From the NCBI GenBank assembly GCA_041651055.1, contig JBAZJW010000001.1, forward strand, positions 84,737-148,736: a stretch of DNA of 64,000 nt, given 5' to 3'. The notes under the pieces are model-generated. The model saw only the letters and a list, made by a program, of their open reading frames with translations, made no database searches and had not been told where the DNA came from. A program made the translations under genes and the position numbers. The DNA comes from Minisyncoccota bacterium (GTDB taxonomy: Bacteria > Patescibacteriota > Minisyncoccia > Phycocordibacterales > UBA5272). Shown piece by piece: positions 18,286 to 28,911 of this stretch; the first letter of the stretch is position 1; each line of letters opens with the position of its first letter.

Positions 18286-21200
18286 ATGAAAACTATGCAA
18301 GAAAAAGTAAAAAACCTATACAAAAAATTTGTATACCCACATCTTTTTCACGGGGATAAGCAGCGATACATACGAGATATATCAATAATTTCAGCAACGG
18401 TCATTGCTGTTATCTTTTTTGTTGGATACAAATCTGAAGCGGCGACATATAACTTCGTACAAGCGAGTTGGGCTGGTGGACTTACTGCAAATAATGCTGG
18501 ACATACATCTAACAGAACAGGCTGGACACAGTACGCAAGTTCTACAGGGGTGACAGCGAATTCTACGGTGAGCTTGGCTTTAACAGAGGTATCTGCAGTT
18601 GATGGAAATGCATTAGTTCCACTGGCGACACCAACAATATCTACAGGTGGTGGGCCACGAGGTGTTGCAGTGTCTCCAGATGGACTGCATACATACGTGG
18701 CAAATAATGTTGGTAATACTATTTTAATGTACAGTCGCAATACCTCAACTGGTGCTCTTACCGCTTTGGCTACTCCCACCATTGCTGCAGGAAGTAACCC
18801 TTACGGAATAGTAGTTTCACCAGACGGAACATCTGTATATGTTACAAATAATGGAGGGACTACTATTTCCATGTATAGTCGTAATGCTTCGACTGGTGCT
18901 CTTACTGCTTTAGCTACTCCCACAATTGCAGCTGGAACGAATCCAAGAGGAATTGTAATTTCTGCAGATGGTACCTCTGTGTATACGGTTAACACTGGTA
19001 GCAATACCGTGTCTATGTATAGTCGTAATGTTTCAACCGGAGCACTCACCGCTTTAGCTACTCCAACTATTGCTACGGGTTCAGGTCCGTACCAGTTAGC
19101 CATCTCTCCTGATGGTACATCTGTGTATGTTCCGAATGTTAACGCTAGTACACTCTCTATGTATAGTCGTAATACTTCAACTGGCGCTCTTACTGCTTTA
19201 GCTACACCAACAATTACCACCGGAACAACTCCGATGGGTGTAAGTGTTTCTCCTAACGGAGCTTCGGTTTATGTATTGAATTATTCAGCGGCTACTATTT
19301 CAATGTATAGTCGCAATACTTCAACTGGTGCTCTTACCGCTTTGGCTACTCCTACTGTTGCTGCAGGGACGAATCCGTATTCTGTGAATTCTTCTTCCGA
19401 CGGCACTCGGGTATATGTTGTTAATTACGGAGGGTCTAGTCTTTATGTGTATAATCGCAATACTACAACAGGAGTCCTTACTCTTTTAACTATCCCCACT
19501 ATTCCAATGGGGGCGAATCCTTCAGAGTCAGGTATATCAGCAGATGGTTCTTCTCTGTATGTTTCAACTCCATCTGGAAATATTTATATGTATAGACGCC
19601 CAATCGCTGGCGGGGCTACTGGTTTTGAATATGGGACTCATTCATCAACCATTCTTTCTTCAAGTGGAATAACTTTATCAAATCTTGGAGCACTTACTGC
19701 TTTAGCTACTCCAACTATTTCTTCCGGTTCCACACCAGAAGGAGTTACTGTTTCTCCTGACGGGGCTTCCGCCTATGCTGTAAACAGTGGTAGTAATAAT
19801 GTTTCTATGTATAGTCGTAATATATCAACAGGAGCACTTACTGCACTCGCTACACCGACAATTGCCAGTGGATTTTCTCCTCAAAAGGCAGCTATTTCTC
19901 CAGATGGTACTTCTGTGTATGTAACAAATGCGAGTAGTAATACTATTTCTATGTACAGTCGTAATGTCTCAACTGGCGCTCTTACCGCTTTGGCTACTCC
20001 CACCATTGCTGCAGGGACAAATTTACGAGATATAGTAGTTTCTTCAGATGGAATATCTGTATATGCTGTAAGTCTTGGTAATAGTACTGTTTACATGTAC
20101 AGTCGCAATACTTCAACTGGCGCTCTTACAGCTTTAGCTACTCCCACCATTGCTGCGGTGGCGAGTCCTATGGGGGTAGCTATTTCTTCAGATGGAACAT
20201 CAGTATATGTGACTAATAGTGGAACTCCGTATGGGCTCTCTATGTACAGTCGCAATACTTCAACTGGCGCTCTTACTGCTTTAGCTACCCCTACAATTAG
20301 TACGGGGGTGTATCCGACAGAGGTGAAAGTATCAGGTGACGGTCTTTCTGTTTATGTTACAAACGGTCAATCTTCAACTGTGTCTATGTATAGTCGTAAC
20401 ACCGGAACTGGAGCTCTTACTGCTTTAGCTACTCCCACAATTGCTGCGGGATCAACTCCGGCAGGTTTGGTTATTTCTGCAGACGGTTTATCTGTTTACG
20501 TAACAAATCAAAATGGTGATAGTATTTCCATGTATAGTCGCAATACTTCAACTGGTGCTCTTACGGCACTTCCTGTTTCGACTATAGCTACAGGGTCTCT
20601 CCCAAGGAGTATGGCTATCTCTGCAGATGGCTTGTCTGTATACGCTATCAACTATTCTTCTAACACAGTTTCGATGTACACGCGCGCCACTTCTGTGGTT
20701 TCAGGCACTTTTACCTCAGCGGTTATTGATACTACAACAACATCTAGTTTTTCTACTGTTTCTTATGTAGCCACAACCCCAGCAAATACTTCTGTAACAG
20801 TAGATGTGCGTGCGGGGAATACTTCGTCACCGGATGGTACATGGACAGCATGGCAGACAGGTCTCTCAAGCGGAGCTAGTATTTCTTCTTTAAGCGGTAA
20901 CAGATATGCACAATATCGACTCAATCTTTCGAATACTGACGGTGCAAGTATTCCTGTTGTTTCAACAGTATCACTTAATTATGGACAATATACATCCTCT
21001 GGATATCTCATTTCATCTCCTTTTGATTCTGGTTCTACAGGAAATATTGTAAGTCATATCGCGTGGACTGCCACAACTCCGTCAGGTACGGTTGTAAAAT
21101 TCCAAGTGCGTACCGCACCAGATGCTGCAGGTGCTCCTGGTACATGGTCGGAATGGGTTGGGCCAGATGGAACAAGTGCTACGTATTTTACAGATAGCAC

Positions 21201-24200
21201 TGGTGCTGAAAATATGCCAGCAGCATTTTTAGATGCAAGTAATGATCAATGGTTTCAGTACAAAGCATTCCTCACCACATCAAGTACAAACGCTCCCACT
21301 TTAACAGATACTACTGTTACGTATGTAGTAAACGCCCCTCCTGATTTTGATGCAACGTTTGGAACAAATGGAATAATTGTAGAACAAATTGCTACGTCTA
21401 CAGATGCGAATCTTGGTAAGGTTTCTATTGAATACAAAATACGAGATACAGATACAACAACAGGATCTGTAACACCAGGATTTATTACACCATCATTTGA
21501 ATATAATATTGGCGCTGGTTGGGTTGCTATTACCTCAGGGAACATGGCTTCGTCTTCCGTTACGAATAAAGCAGTTTCGGAAGTCGGATACAACACCTAC
21601 ACCGCATACTTCGATGCAGCTTCTGCTTTACCCGATACGTATTCTACGTCTGCTCAGATACGTGTGAAATTAAACGATAACGAAGGTGCGAATAATATTA
21701 CGTACGCCACATCAAGTGCATTTATTCTCGACACTCGCACACCAACAGTTACGAATTTCCACGTGAACGGAGCAAGTGCAACAAGTACGGTAAGTTTCAA
21801 TGTGACGGATGATACGAATATTAAAGATTATACGCTTTCAAATAATGTAGACTTTACTCCGGACGGTAGTAATGCTTCGAGTGGGATAGCACAGGTGGTG
21901 GATAACGTGATGCTCACTGTTGCTATGCCGTGGATTCCGACAGGAACATCTTCAAAAATTGTGTATCTTAAAGTACAAGATAAAAGAGGAAACATCAGAA
22001 CTTCACAAGTCTCTATTCCTGCTACACCATCAAATATTCAGTATCGAGATATTTCAAACCAAGAGACCAGTAGTTATCGAGAATTTATCGCTTGGAACGT
22101 ATATCCAGATCCAGCGCCAGCAGGTGCAGCTTTTAAGAGTTATGAATTATATTATTCAGATAATGGTACTGATTACTCTTTGCTCTATACAAGTACAAAC
22201 CCTACAATTAACTATTACATTCATACACCGGTATCGACAAGTACACTCTATTATTACAAAGTCGCATTCACCACACAGAATGATGACCGCACACTTTTTT
22301 CTACTGTTGTGAGTGATATACCAGATGGTAAAGGTGGAACAAATAATGGTGCAGTGCCAATTATCACAAACGTCGCCGTGTCAGATGTCAAAAACACTTC
22401 AGCTAAAGTAACGTGGACAACGGATGACCTTGCTCTTTCTGAAGTGGATTATGGTACGAGTATTTCGTATGGACATGTTCAGCAAAGCAGATCCTATGTA
22501 ACTAGTCATTCTGTGTATATAACCGGTCTTACACCGAACACTCAGTATTATGTGCGTGCACGCTCCATTGATATTTATAGTGGAACAGCAACAGATAATA
22601 ATAATGGTGCAGGGTATACATTCACAACAGCTGGTGGTCCTGTTATTTCAAACGTAACTGCAAGTAGTATTTCAGACGGCTCTGCGACTATTTCTTGGAA
22701 CACATCGACATCATCTGATTCGTATGTGGCGTACAGTACAAGTCCTTCTCTTGCATCATATACAGAAGTCGGAAGTGCAACTTTAGTTGATGGTAGTGCT
22801 GGTGTGTATCAACACCGCGTAACGGTGACAGGACTTTCTGCAGACACAACGTATTATTTCCAAGTGAAATCAACAGCTGACGGCAATACAACAATAGATA
22901 CAAATAATAATTCATATTATAGTTTCAGAACAACATACGATACGATTGCTCCTGTTATTACGGATGTCCTTGCTCCAGTGCGCGCATCTACAGGTGCGGT
23001 TATTACATGGAAAACTGATGAACTTTCTACGACTCAAGTTGAGTATGGTACTGTCGCATCTACAACATCTGGAAGCTATGAATCTCAAACCGTCGCCGTA
23101 ACAACTCCTTCTATTTTCCACGCGATGACGCTTTCGAGTGAAACCTTAAAATTAGGAGGAGGGACAAATGCACTCGCAAAGCTGACGGCATACTATTATC
23201 GTGTAAAATCAACTGACCAAGCCGGAAATAGTTCATACTCTGCGGAAAATACCTTCACCACAACAGAAGACGGAGCGACGACAATTACCTACGGTAGTGG
23301 AGGTGCTGTGGAGGCAGCAAAGCCGGACACAAAACGTGCCACCATTTCTGACATAGATGTCACTGATATTACGCCGTTTAGTGCAACGATTTCATTTAAA
23401 ACAGATGAAAGCACTTTGGGTATCATACAGTATGGAGATGCTATTCCTTACGACCATAACACAGGAGGTATATCGTATGCTTCGGCACACAAGATAACTC
23501 TTTCTGCGCTTAAAACAGGAACAACATACAATTACAGTATTAATGTTATCGATACATCGGGAAATGTGACACAATCGTCAAATGCTACTTTCAAAACAAC
23601 GAACATCGCAGAAAATCTCGGCAACCTTCTTAAGGTGGATACAACGCTTAATGACCTTACACAAAAAGTAGAAGACTTAGTGGCTTCGGCATTGCCATCA
23701 ATTAATCCACCTTTTATCGACACTCCAATTGTAGATGCTATCGGGGAAGATTTCGCTACCGTGTCTTGGAAAACAAACGTAAAATCCTACGGTTCCATAT
23801 TGTATGCTGAAGATAAGACGTTTATACAAGATGGAAAGTATACAGGTGAACAGACAAAAACTGATGCAAAAATAACCGAACACACCATTGATCTTGATAA
23901 TCTAAAACCAAATACAAAATATCACTTCAAGGTGAAGTCATATGTATTTTTGGGTGCCGCGGCACAGTCAGAAGATATGACCTTTGTAACAAAAGCAGAA
24001 AAGGTTGTAGCAAGAGTTTCTGATAGAAAAAAAGATTCCATGAAAGTTTTGTGGACAACTAAAGAGCCGACAACCTCCGTTGTGAATTACAAAAAGAAAG
24101 GAAGTGCTTCAGCAACAAAGAAAACAGACGGTTCAATGACTACATCGCATGAGCTTCTTCTTGATAATCTAGCTCCTGCAACGACCTACGAGATACAGGC

Positions 24201-24657
24201 CTACGGAGTAACTGTAGATGGTAATACTGTGGACACAAAAGACACCATTATCGCAAGTACAAATGAAGATGTGACATCTCCTGCAATTTCTAATTTCAAA
24301 GTAGATAGTGCTCTTGTTCCTGGAAGAAATGACAGAACGCAGACGATTGTCTCTTGGAAAACAGATGAGCCTGCTACATCAGTCGTTCGCTATGAAGAAG
24401 GTTCCGGGTCTCTCACCTCTACACTTTCTCTTGTAAAAGAAGATAACTCAACATACGTAACAAGCCATGTGGTGATTCTCACAAATCTAAAACCAGCCAC
24501 GGTATATCGTTTCCAAATTATCTCTGCTGATGATGCGAACAATACAACACGACTACCAATTCGTACCATCGTAACTCCAAGTCAAAGTGAGTCAGTCGTG
24601 GATGTCATTTTCAAAAACTTTGACGATACATTTAAATTTATGAGAACTGTCCAATAG
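18286..24657 (+). CDS. Giant cell-surface protein (2123 aa). Signal anchor, about 19 YVTN/lactonase-type beta-propeller repeats, then about 10 Fn3/PKD-like domains.
   Basis: Repeated YSRNTSTGALTALATPTIAAG..P.G..VS.DG.SVYVTN units. C-terminal modules with V.W.T.E..T..V.YG pattern (Fn3/purple-acid-phosphatase-N-like). Confidence 0.9.
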   Translation: MKTMQEKVKNLYKKFVYPHLFHGDKQRYIRDISIISATVIAVIFFVGYKSEAATYNFVQASWAGGLTANNAGHTSNRTGWTQYASSTGVTANSTVSLALTEVSAVDGNALVPLATPTISTGGGPRGVAVSPDGLHTYVANNVGNTILMYSRNTSTGALTALATPTIAAGSNPYGIVVSPDGTSVYVTNNGGTTISMYSRNASTGALTALATPTIAAGTNPRGIVISADGTSVYTVNTGSNTVSMYSRNVSTGALTALATPTIATGSGPYQLAISPDGTSVYVPNVNASTLSMYSRNTSTGALTALATPTITTGTTPMGVSVSPNGASVYVLNYSAATISMYSRNTSTGALTALATPTVAAGTNPYSVNSSSDGTRVYVVNYGGSSLYVYNRNTTTGVLTLLTIPTIPMGANPSESGISADGSSLYVSTPSGNIYMYRRPIAGGATGFEYGTHSSTILSSSGITLSNLGALTALATPTISSGSTPEGVTVSPDGASAYAVNSGSNNVSMYSRNISTGALTALATPTIASGFSPQKAAISPDGTSVYVTNASSNTISMYSRNVSTGALTALATPTIAAGTNLRDIVVSSDGISVYAVSLGNSTVYMYSRNTSTGALTALATPTIAAVASPMGVAISSDGTSVYVTNSGTPYGLSMYSRNTSTGALTALATPTISTGVYPTEVKVSGDGLSVYVTNGQSSTVSMYSRNTGTGALTALATPTIAAGSTPAGLVISADGLSVYVTNQNGDSISMYSRNTSTGALTALPVSTIATGSLPRSMAISADGLSVYAINYSSNTVSMYTRATSVVSGTFTSAVIDTTTTSSFSTVSYVATTPANTSVTVDVRAGNTSSPDGTWTAWQTGLSSGASISSLSGNRYAQYRLNLSNTDGASIPVVSTVSLNYGQYTSSGYLISSPFDSGSTGNIVSHIAWTATTPSGTVVKFQVRTAPDAAGAPGTWSEWVGPDGTSATYFTDSTGAENMPAAFLDASNDQWFQYKAFLTTSSTNAPTLTDTTVTYVVNAPPDFDATFGTNGIIVEQIATSTDANLGKVSIEYKIRDTDTTTGSVTPGFITPSFEYNIGAGWVAITSGNMASSSVTNKAVSEVGYNTYTAYFDAASALPDTYSTSAQIRVKLNDNEGANNITYATSSAFILDTRTPTVTNFHVNGASATSTVSFNVTDDTNIKDYTLSNNVDFTPDGSNASSGIAQVVDNVMLTVAMPWIPTGTSSKIVYLKVQDKRGNIRTSQVSIPATPSNIQYRDISNQETSSYREFIAWNVYPDPAPAGAAFKSYELYYSDNGTDYSLLYTSTNPTINYYIHTPVSTSTLYYYKVAFTTQNDDRTLFSTVVSDIPDGKGGTNNGAVPIITNVAVSDVKNTSAKVTWTTDDLALSEVDYGTSISYGHVQQSRSYVTSHSVYITGLTPNTQYYVRARSIDIYSGTATDNNNGAGYTFTTAGGPVISNVTASSISDGSATISWNTSTSSDSYVAYSTSPSLASYTEVGSATLVDGSAGVYQHRVTVTGLSADTTYYFQVKSTADGNTTIDTNNNSYYSFRTTYDTIAPVITDVLAPVRASTGAVITWKTDELSTTQVEYGTVASTTSGSYESQTVAVTTPSIFHAMTLSSETLKLGGGTNALAKLTAYYYRVKSTDQAGNSSYSAENTFTTTEDGATTITYGSGGAVEAAKPDTKRATISDIDVTDITPFSATISFKTDESTLGIIQYGDAIPYDHNTGGISYASAHKITLSALKTGTTYNYSINVIDTSGNVTQSSNATFKTTNIAENLGNLLKVDTTLNDLTQKVEDLVASALPSINPPFIDTPIVDAIGEDFATVSWKTNVKSYGSILYAEDKTFIQDGKYTGEQTKTDAKITEHTIDLDNLKPNTKYHFKVKSYVFLGAAAQSEDMTFVTKAEKVVARVSDRKKDSMKVLWTTKEPTTSVVNYKKKGSASATKKTDGSMTTSHELLLDNLAPATTYEIQAYGVTVDGNTVDTKDTIIASTNEDVTSPAISNFKVDSALVPGRNDRTQTIVSWKTDEPATSVVRYEEGSGSLTSTLSLVKEDNSTYVTSHVVILTNLKPATVYRFQIISADDANNTTRLPIRTIVTPSQSESVVDVIFKNFDDTFKFMRTVQ
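18700..20700. repeat. Long near-identical tandem nucleotide repeats of about 120-130 nt inside the giant gene
   Basis: Recurring TATGTATAGTCGTAATACTTCAACTGGCGCTCTTACTGCTTTAGCTAC blocks. Confidence 0.8.
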
Positions 24658-24660
24658 TCT

Positions 24661-25986
24661 ATGAGCGCCGAACCAATTATCACCATTAAAGATGTAAACC
24701 TTTGGTATGAAAAGGGAAAACCTGCAGAAGTCCAGGCTCTTAAAAACATAACCTTAAACATCGAGAAAGGGGACTATGTTTCTTTCTTTGGGCCTTCGGG
24801 ATGCGGCAAGACAACCATGCTTTATGCTATTGCGGGGATCGACCAGTATCAGTCTGGAGATGTTTTTGTGAATGGTAAAAAAATGACAGGCTTATCAAAA
24901 AAAGATTTAGCAATTTTTCGTCAGAATGGTATTGGTATTGTTTTTCAACAATTCAACCTTCTTCCATCGCTCACGGTATTGCAAAACGTCGCGCTTCCGA
25001 TGTCTTTCTTAGGATTGTCATCCGATGAAGCGGAGAAAAATGCCAAAAAGCTATTGGAAAGACTGGCTCTTTTACCGTATGCTAATCGTCACCCATTTGA
25101 ACTTTCTGGGGGACAGCAGCAACGTGTGGGTATTGCGCGTGCCCTTGCGAATGATCCTCCTATCATCATCGCAGATGAACCACTTGGAAACTTGGACTCG
25201 GTGAACGCTCAAAACGTACTCGCTTTCTTGAAAGAACTTAATGAAAAAGATGGACGTACTATTATCATGGTGACGCACGAAGCATGGAGTCTTCGCGATG
25301 TAAAAACTATTTTTTATATGAAGGACGGAACGGTAACAGAAACCGAAAAGCCTTCTGGAAAATCTATTGCTGATTCGTTGAAGGATCACTTGAATGAACA
25401 GTTAGGTGGTGTGAACGGGTCATCTGCCTCATCAGTTGAAATGACGGCGCGAGTTCTTTCTAACTTCCTGCTTCGTGGGTATACGTTAGATGAAGTTTCT
25501 AGATTTGAGGTACTTCTCAATGACCGCCTCTCAGGAAAAACAACAGCAAAAGAATTTCTTGCATCGATTCATTCACCACTTGCCTCTGGAGGTATAGGGT
25601 TGTGGAATCAAAAAGCAAAACGAATAGCGCATTATGTTGACAAAGTAATGGAAACCAAAAAAGAAATACACGAAGTGCTTCATCATCTAGAAGAGAATCC
25701 AGAAATAGCAATACACGATGAAGTGTGTCGTGTACGAAATTGGCTTTTGCAAAGTGATGAAGCTGCAGATTTGTCTCACGATCAAATACAATCGCTCGAT
25801 CAAGTTGTGTCTGATCGTATGCGTGGCTATCTTACCGCGGAACAGTTCGTAGAAATTCTAGATTTACCGTTATCAAAATGGGGAGCAGGTCTCTCGACAC
25901 ATCACGCAAAAGTTCTTAGTGAGAAATTGGAAAGTTTTTTGAGTAACGATTACGAATTGCCAGAAACTAAGCACACTCATTCATAA
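24661..25986 (+). CDS. ABC transporter ATP-binding protein with a C-terminal extension of about 200 aa of unknown function
   Basis: Walker [10 protein letters not shown], signature [18 protein letters not shown], Walker [12 protein letters not shown]. Residues about 230-441 have no ABC homology. Confidence 0.88.
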   Translation: MSAEPIITIKDVNLWYEKGKPAEVQALKNITLNIEKGDYVSFFGPSGCGKTTMLYAIAGIDQYQSGDVFVNGKKMTGLSKKDLAIFRQNGIGIVFQQFNLLPSLTVLQNVALPMSFLGLSSDEAEKNAKKLLERLALLPYANRHPFELSGGQQQRVGIARALANDPPIIIADEPLGNLDSVNAQNVLAFLKELNEKDGRTIIMVTHEAWSLRDVKTIFYMKDGTVTETEKPSGKSIADSLKDHLNEQLGGVNGSSASSVEMTARVLSNFLLRGYTLDEVSRFEVLLNDRLSGKTTAKEFLASIHSPLASGGIGLWNQKAKRIAHYVDKVMETKKEIHEVLHHLEENPEIAIHDEVCRVRNWLLQSDEAADLSHDQIQSLDQVVSDRMRGYLTAEQFVEILDLPLSKWGAGLSTHHAKVLSEKLESFLSNDYELPETKHTHS

Positions 25987-25989
25987 TAT

Positions 25990-27201
25990 ATGTCAGGACA
26001 CACACTACAATTTAGGGAGCTTCTCAGATTATCATTACGAACATTTCGTACGAAGCCCGCACGTGCCATCCTTACCATTTTGGGTATGTCTGTTGGTATT
26101 GGAACCGTACTCTTTTTGATTTCACTTGGATACGGCCTTCAATACATTCTTATTGGTAAATTGATAACCACTGAAGACTCTTTGATTACGATGGAAATTT
26201 CGTATCCAACGGAAAGTAATTTGGTTATCAAAAAAGAAACACTCGACAGACTGCACGGGTACCAGGATGTTTCTGAGGTGAGTCCTGTTGCCAGCTTTCC
26301 AGGAGAGGTGAGTGTGAGTGAAAACTCCGGACTTCTCGCCGATACACTTATCGTAGAGCCTTCGTACTTTCGTTTGGCTGGTATAAGTCCTGAAATCGGT
26401 GCAATTCCAAAAGCAGAAGATAATGGAGTGATACTTTCAAAGCAAACAATTATTCCTATCGGACTTGTAGCAGACCAGACAGCTCTTACAAAAAAACTCG
26501 GCTTGAAAGTTTTCTATCAAGACGATGCTACTGGAATATCTCAAGAAGTTATCTCTTCTATTCCCATGTCTATTTCTGGACTTATTATGGATGACACATT
26601 ACAACCGCAAGTGATTGTCTTTGCGAACTCTCTTTCGGCAGATCCTCCTTTTTATAGAAAGGCTTTAGTAAAGGCAAGGAATATTGATGTCGTTGAGATA
26701 TTACGAGATAAGCTTATCAATGAAGGATTTTTGGTCTCCGCACGTATCGACTTGGTGAATCAGGCACGAAAAATTACGAATGTGATTACTATCGTGCTCG
26801 GTGTGTTTGGTATTACAGCACTTATCGTGTCTGCTATTGGAATGTTTAATACAATGATTGTTGGATTCATGGAAAGAACCTACGAAGTAGGCATCCTTAA
26901 ATCTATTGGTGCGACAGATGGTGACGTGCGTAATTTGTTTTTGGTTGAGTCTACGATGATGGGACTGCTTGGTGGTGTGGGCGGTATCGCCATAGGAATG
27001 GTTGCAGGAAATGGACTGAATCTTCTTCTGAACGTCTGGGCTAAAAGTTTGGGCGGCAAAGGGTTTCAATTATTTTTGACCCCATGGTGGTTTATTGTAC
27101 TTATTTTAGTGTTATCACTTTTCATTGGACTTATTTCTGGTCTATGGCCAGCATATAGAGCGTCAAAATTATCACCAAAGGAAGCGTTTACGAGAAGATA
27201 A
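25990..27201 (+). CDS. ABC transporter permease, FtsX-like
   Basis: N-terminal TM, periplasmic domain, C-terminal FtsX bundle (GMFNTMIVGFMERTYEVGILKSIGATDGDV). Confidence 0.88.
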   Translation: MSGHTLQFRELLRLSLRTFRTKPARAILTILGMSVGIGTVLFLISLGYGLQYILIGKLITTEDSLITMEISYPTESNLVIKKETLDRLHGYQDVSEVSPVASFPGEVSVSENSGLLADTLIVEPSYFRLAGISPEIGAIPKAEDNGVILSKQTIIPIGLVADQTALTKKLGLKVFYQDDATGISQEVISSIPMSISGLIMDDTLQPQVIVFANSLSADPPFYRKALVKARNIDVVEILRDKLINEGFLVSARIDLVNQARKITNVITIVLGVFGITALIVSAIGMFNTMIVGFMERTYEVGILKSIGATDGDVRNLFLVESTMMGLLGGVGGIAIGMVAGNGLNLLLNVWAKSLGGKGFQLFLTPWWFIVLILVLSLFIGLISGLWPAYRASKLSPKEAFTRR

Positions 27202-27208
27202 GGGAAGG

Positions 27209-27332
27209 TGGGCAGCTGGAAGCTAGAAGACAGAAGCTACATACAATACAAGGAGCGGCCACGAAGTGGCCGCTCCTTGTATTGTCTTCTTCTTCAAGCT
27301 TCCAGCTTTTAGCTTTCATCTTCCAGCTGGGC
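27209..27332. repeat. Extended REP-like palindrome of about 124 nt. Core AATACAAGGAGCGGCCAC-gaa-GTGGCCGCTCCTTGTATT, flanked by outer arms GGGCAGCTGGAAGCTAGAAG ... CTTCCAGCTT..CTTCCAGCTGGGC.
   Basis: Most complete member of the family. The outer left arm is shared with 3806-3854. Confidence 0.8.
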
Positions 27333-27354
27333 TTACTCATGGTATACTTTTCTC

Positions 27355-28905
27355 ATGCAATTTCTTATTGATACCGCACTTACCTTATTGTATCTTTGTG
27401 CATTCTTGCTTCTGTCAGCGTGGACATGGCGTTTTTGGAAAATGTATGTCGTTCAGAAAAAGATGCACAATCTTGGTGCGGATACTATTATTGCCGAGAT
27501 TAAACTTCCTCGAGACATTATGAAGTCTCCTCTTGCGATGGAGACGGCTTTAACCTTTTTAATTCAAGGGGGAGGAGTGAATACATGGTATAAAAGAAAT
27601 TTTCTTGGTAATTTACCTATTCAATTTTCTTTAGAAATAGCATCCCTTGAAGGAGTTATCCATTTTTATGTTCGCATGGAGAGAAGACATTTCCCTCTCG
27701 TGCAGGCTAGTCTTTATGGGCAGTATCCGGGTATAGAAATTGTAGAGACAGATGATTACACGAGACTTATTCGTTATCACCACCTTTCAAAAGATGTAGA
27801 TATGTGGGGATCGACCTATACACTAGGAAAAACATGGAAACCAAATGATGATAAGGGGCAGCCATACAAAAAAGATGGAAAAGACTATGAAATGCCAGCT
27901 GATTATTTGTCGATTAAGACATACGTTGATTATGGTCTTGATAAAGACCCAAAAGAAGAATTTAAAGTTGACCCAATTACACCACTTCTAGAATTCATGG
28001 GGAGTGTCGGAAAGGGTGAGTATGTATGGTATCAAGTAATTGCCCAAGATGAGGCCGCTTTTAATGCGAAAACGACAACCGAAAAAGGAAAGAAATTTTT
28101 GAAAACGTATCTTAACGAGGTGACACATGAACACTGGTCTCTCTCTGATATTGCAAATAAAAGAAAGGAGCAGATTCGCAAAGTTAGAAAGATAAAAGAA
28201 GGGGATGTCGCGTATGATCTTCAATATGGTAACCCTATTCAAAAGACAACAGTAGGGCCAGATGGTAAAACTATTCTTGATAATTTAAAATACGGAGAAG
28301 ATAGAGAAGTTAAGTCTCGAGAAGGAGAGCTTACTATAGAAGAAAAAGATGAAATCGAAGTCATTAATCATAAATTATCTAAACCCCTGGTGCGTGCCGT
28401 TGTTCGGCTTATTTATGTTTCCAAAAAAGAAGTGTTTAACAGCCAGAACATTGCTTACTTCTTTAGTATTATGAAACCTTTTAGTGATCCAAGTCCAATT
28501 CGTAATGGATTTAATCCGAACGTTATCGATCCATACGATTATCCATGGCAAAACTTTATGGATAGACGTGTGCCGTGGCGTAAAGAAGAGAAGTTCGAGG
28601 CCTATGTCGAACGAGAAGGATTCTTTCCTCATGTTGTAGACGAGGCTATCACTCCTGCTTTTTCAATTCAAGCTATGGAAGATAGATTTTTCTGGTATTC
28701 ATCAATGCGTACACGTAAAATATTCCGTCTTCTCTATCAGGCGATATTCAAGCCGTTCTATCATCCACAACCAGATGAGGTGATTGTACTGAACCTTGAA
28801 GAAGTGGCGACACTCTGGCACTTTCCTGGCGCTGTCGCGAACACTCCTACACTTCCACGTATCGATAGTACGAAGGGTATGGCTCCTGTTAATTTGCCAC
28901 AGTAA
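27355..28905 (+). CDS. Hypothetical protein (516 aa) with N-terminal TM anchor. Possible alternative start at 27442 (MYVVQKK).
   Basis: Long ORF with coding-like composition. No Walker motifs or known domain recognised. Confidence 0.65.
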   Translation: MQFLIDTALTLLYLCAFLLLSAWTWRFWKMYVVQKKMHNLGADTIIAEIKLPRDIMKSPLAMETALTFLIQGGGVNTWYKRNFLGNLPIQFSLEIASLEGVIHFYVRMERRHFPLVQASLYGQYPGIEIVETDDYTRLIRYHHLSKDVDMWGSTYTLGKTWKPNDDKGQPYKKDGKDYEMPADYLSIKTYVDYGLDKDPKEEFKVDPITPLLEFMGSVGKGEYVWYQVIAQDEAAFNAKTTTEKGKKFLKTYLNEVTHEHWSLSDIANKRKEQIRKVRKIKEGDVAYDLQYGNPIQKTTVGPDGKTILDNLKYGEDREVKSREGELTIEEKDEIEVINHKLSKPLVRAVVRLIYVSKKEVFNSQNIAYFFSIMKPFSDPSPIRNGFNPNVIDPYDYPWQNFMDRRVPWRKEEKFEAYVEREGFFPHVVDEAITPAFSIQAMEDRFFWYSSMRTRKIFRLLYQAIFKPFYHPQPDEVIVLNLEEVATLWHFPGAVANTPTLPRIDSTKGMAPVNLPQ

Positions 28906-28911
28906 TTCTTT

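Noticed and set aside
18700-20700. Regularly spaced near-identical repeats that could superficially suggest a CRISPR array
   Set aside because: Repeats are about 125 nt, in-frame, and encode YVTN beta-propeller blades of a single 2123-aa ORF. There are no short unique spacers and no cas genes in the window.
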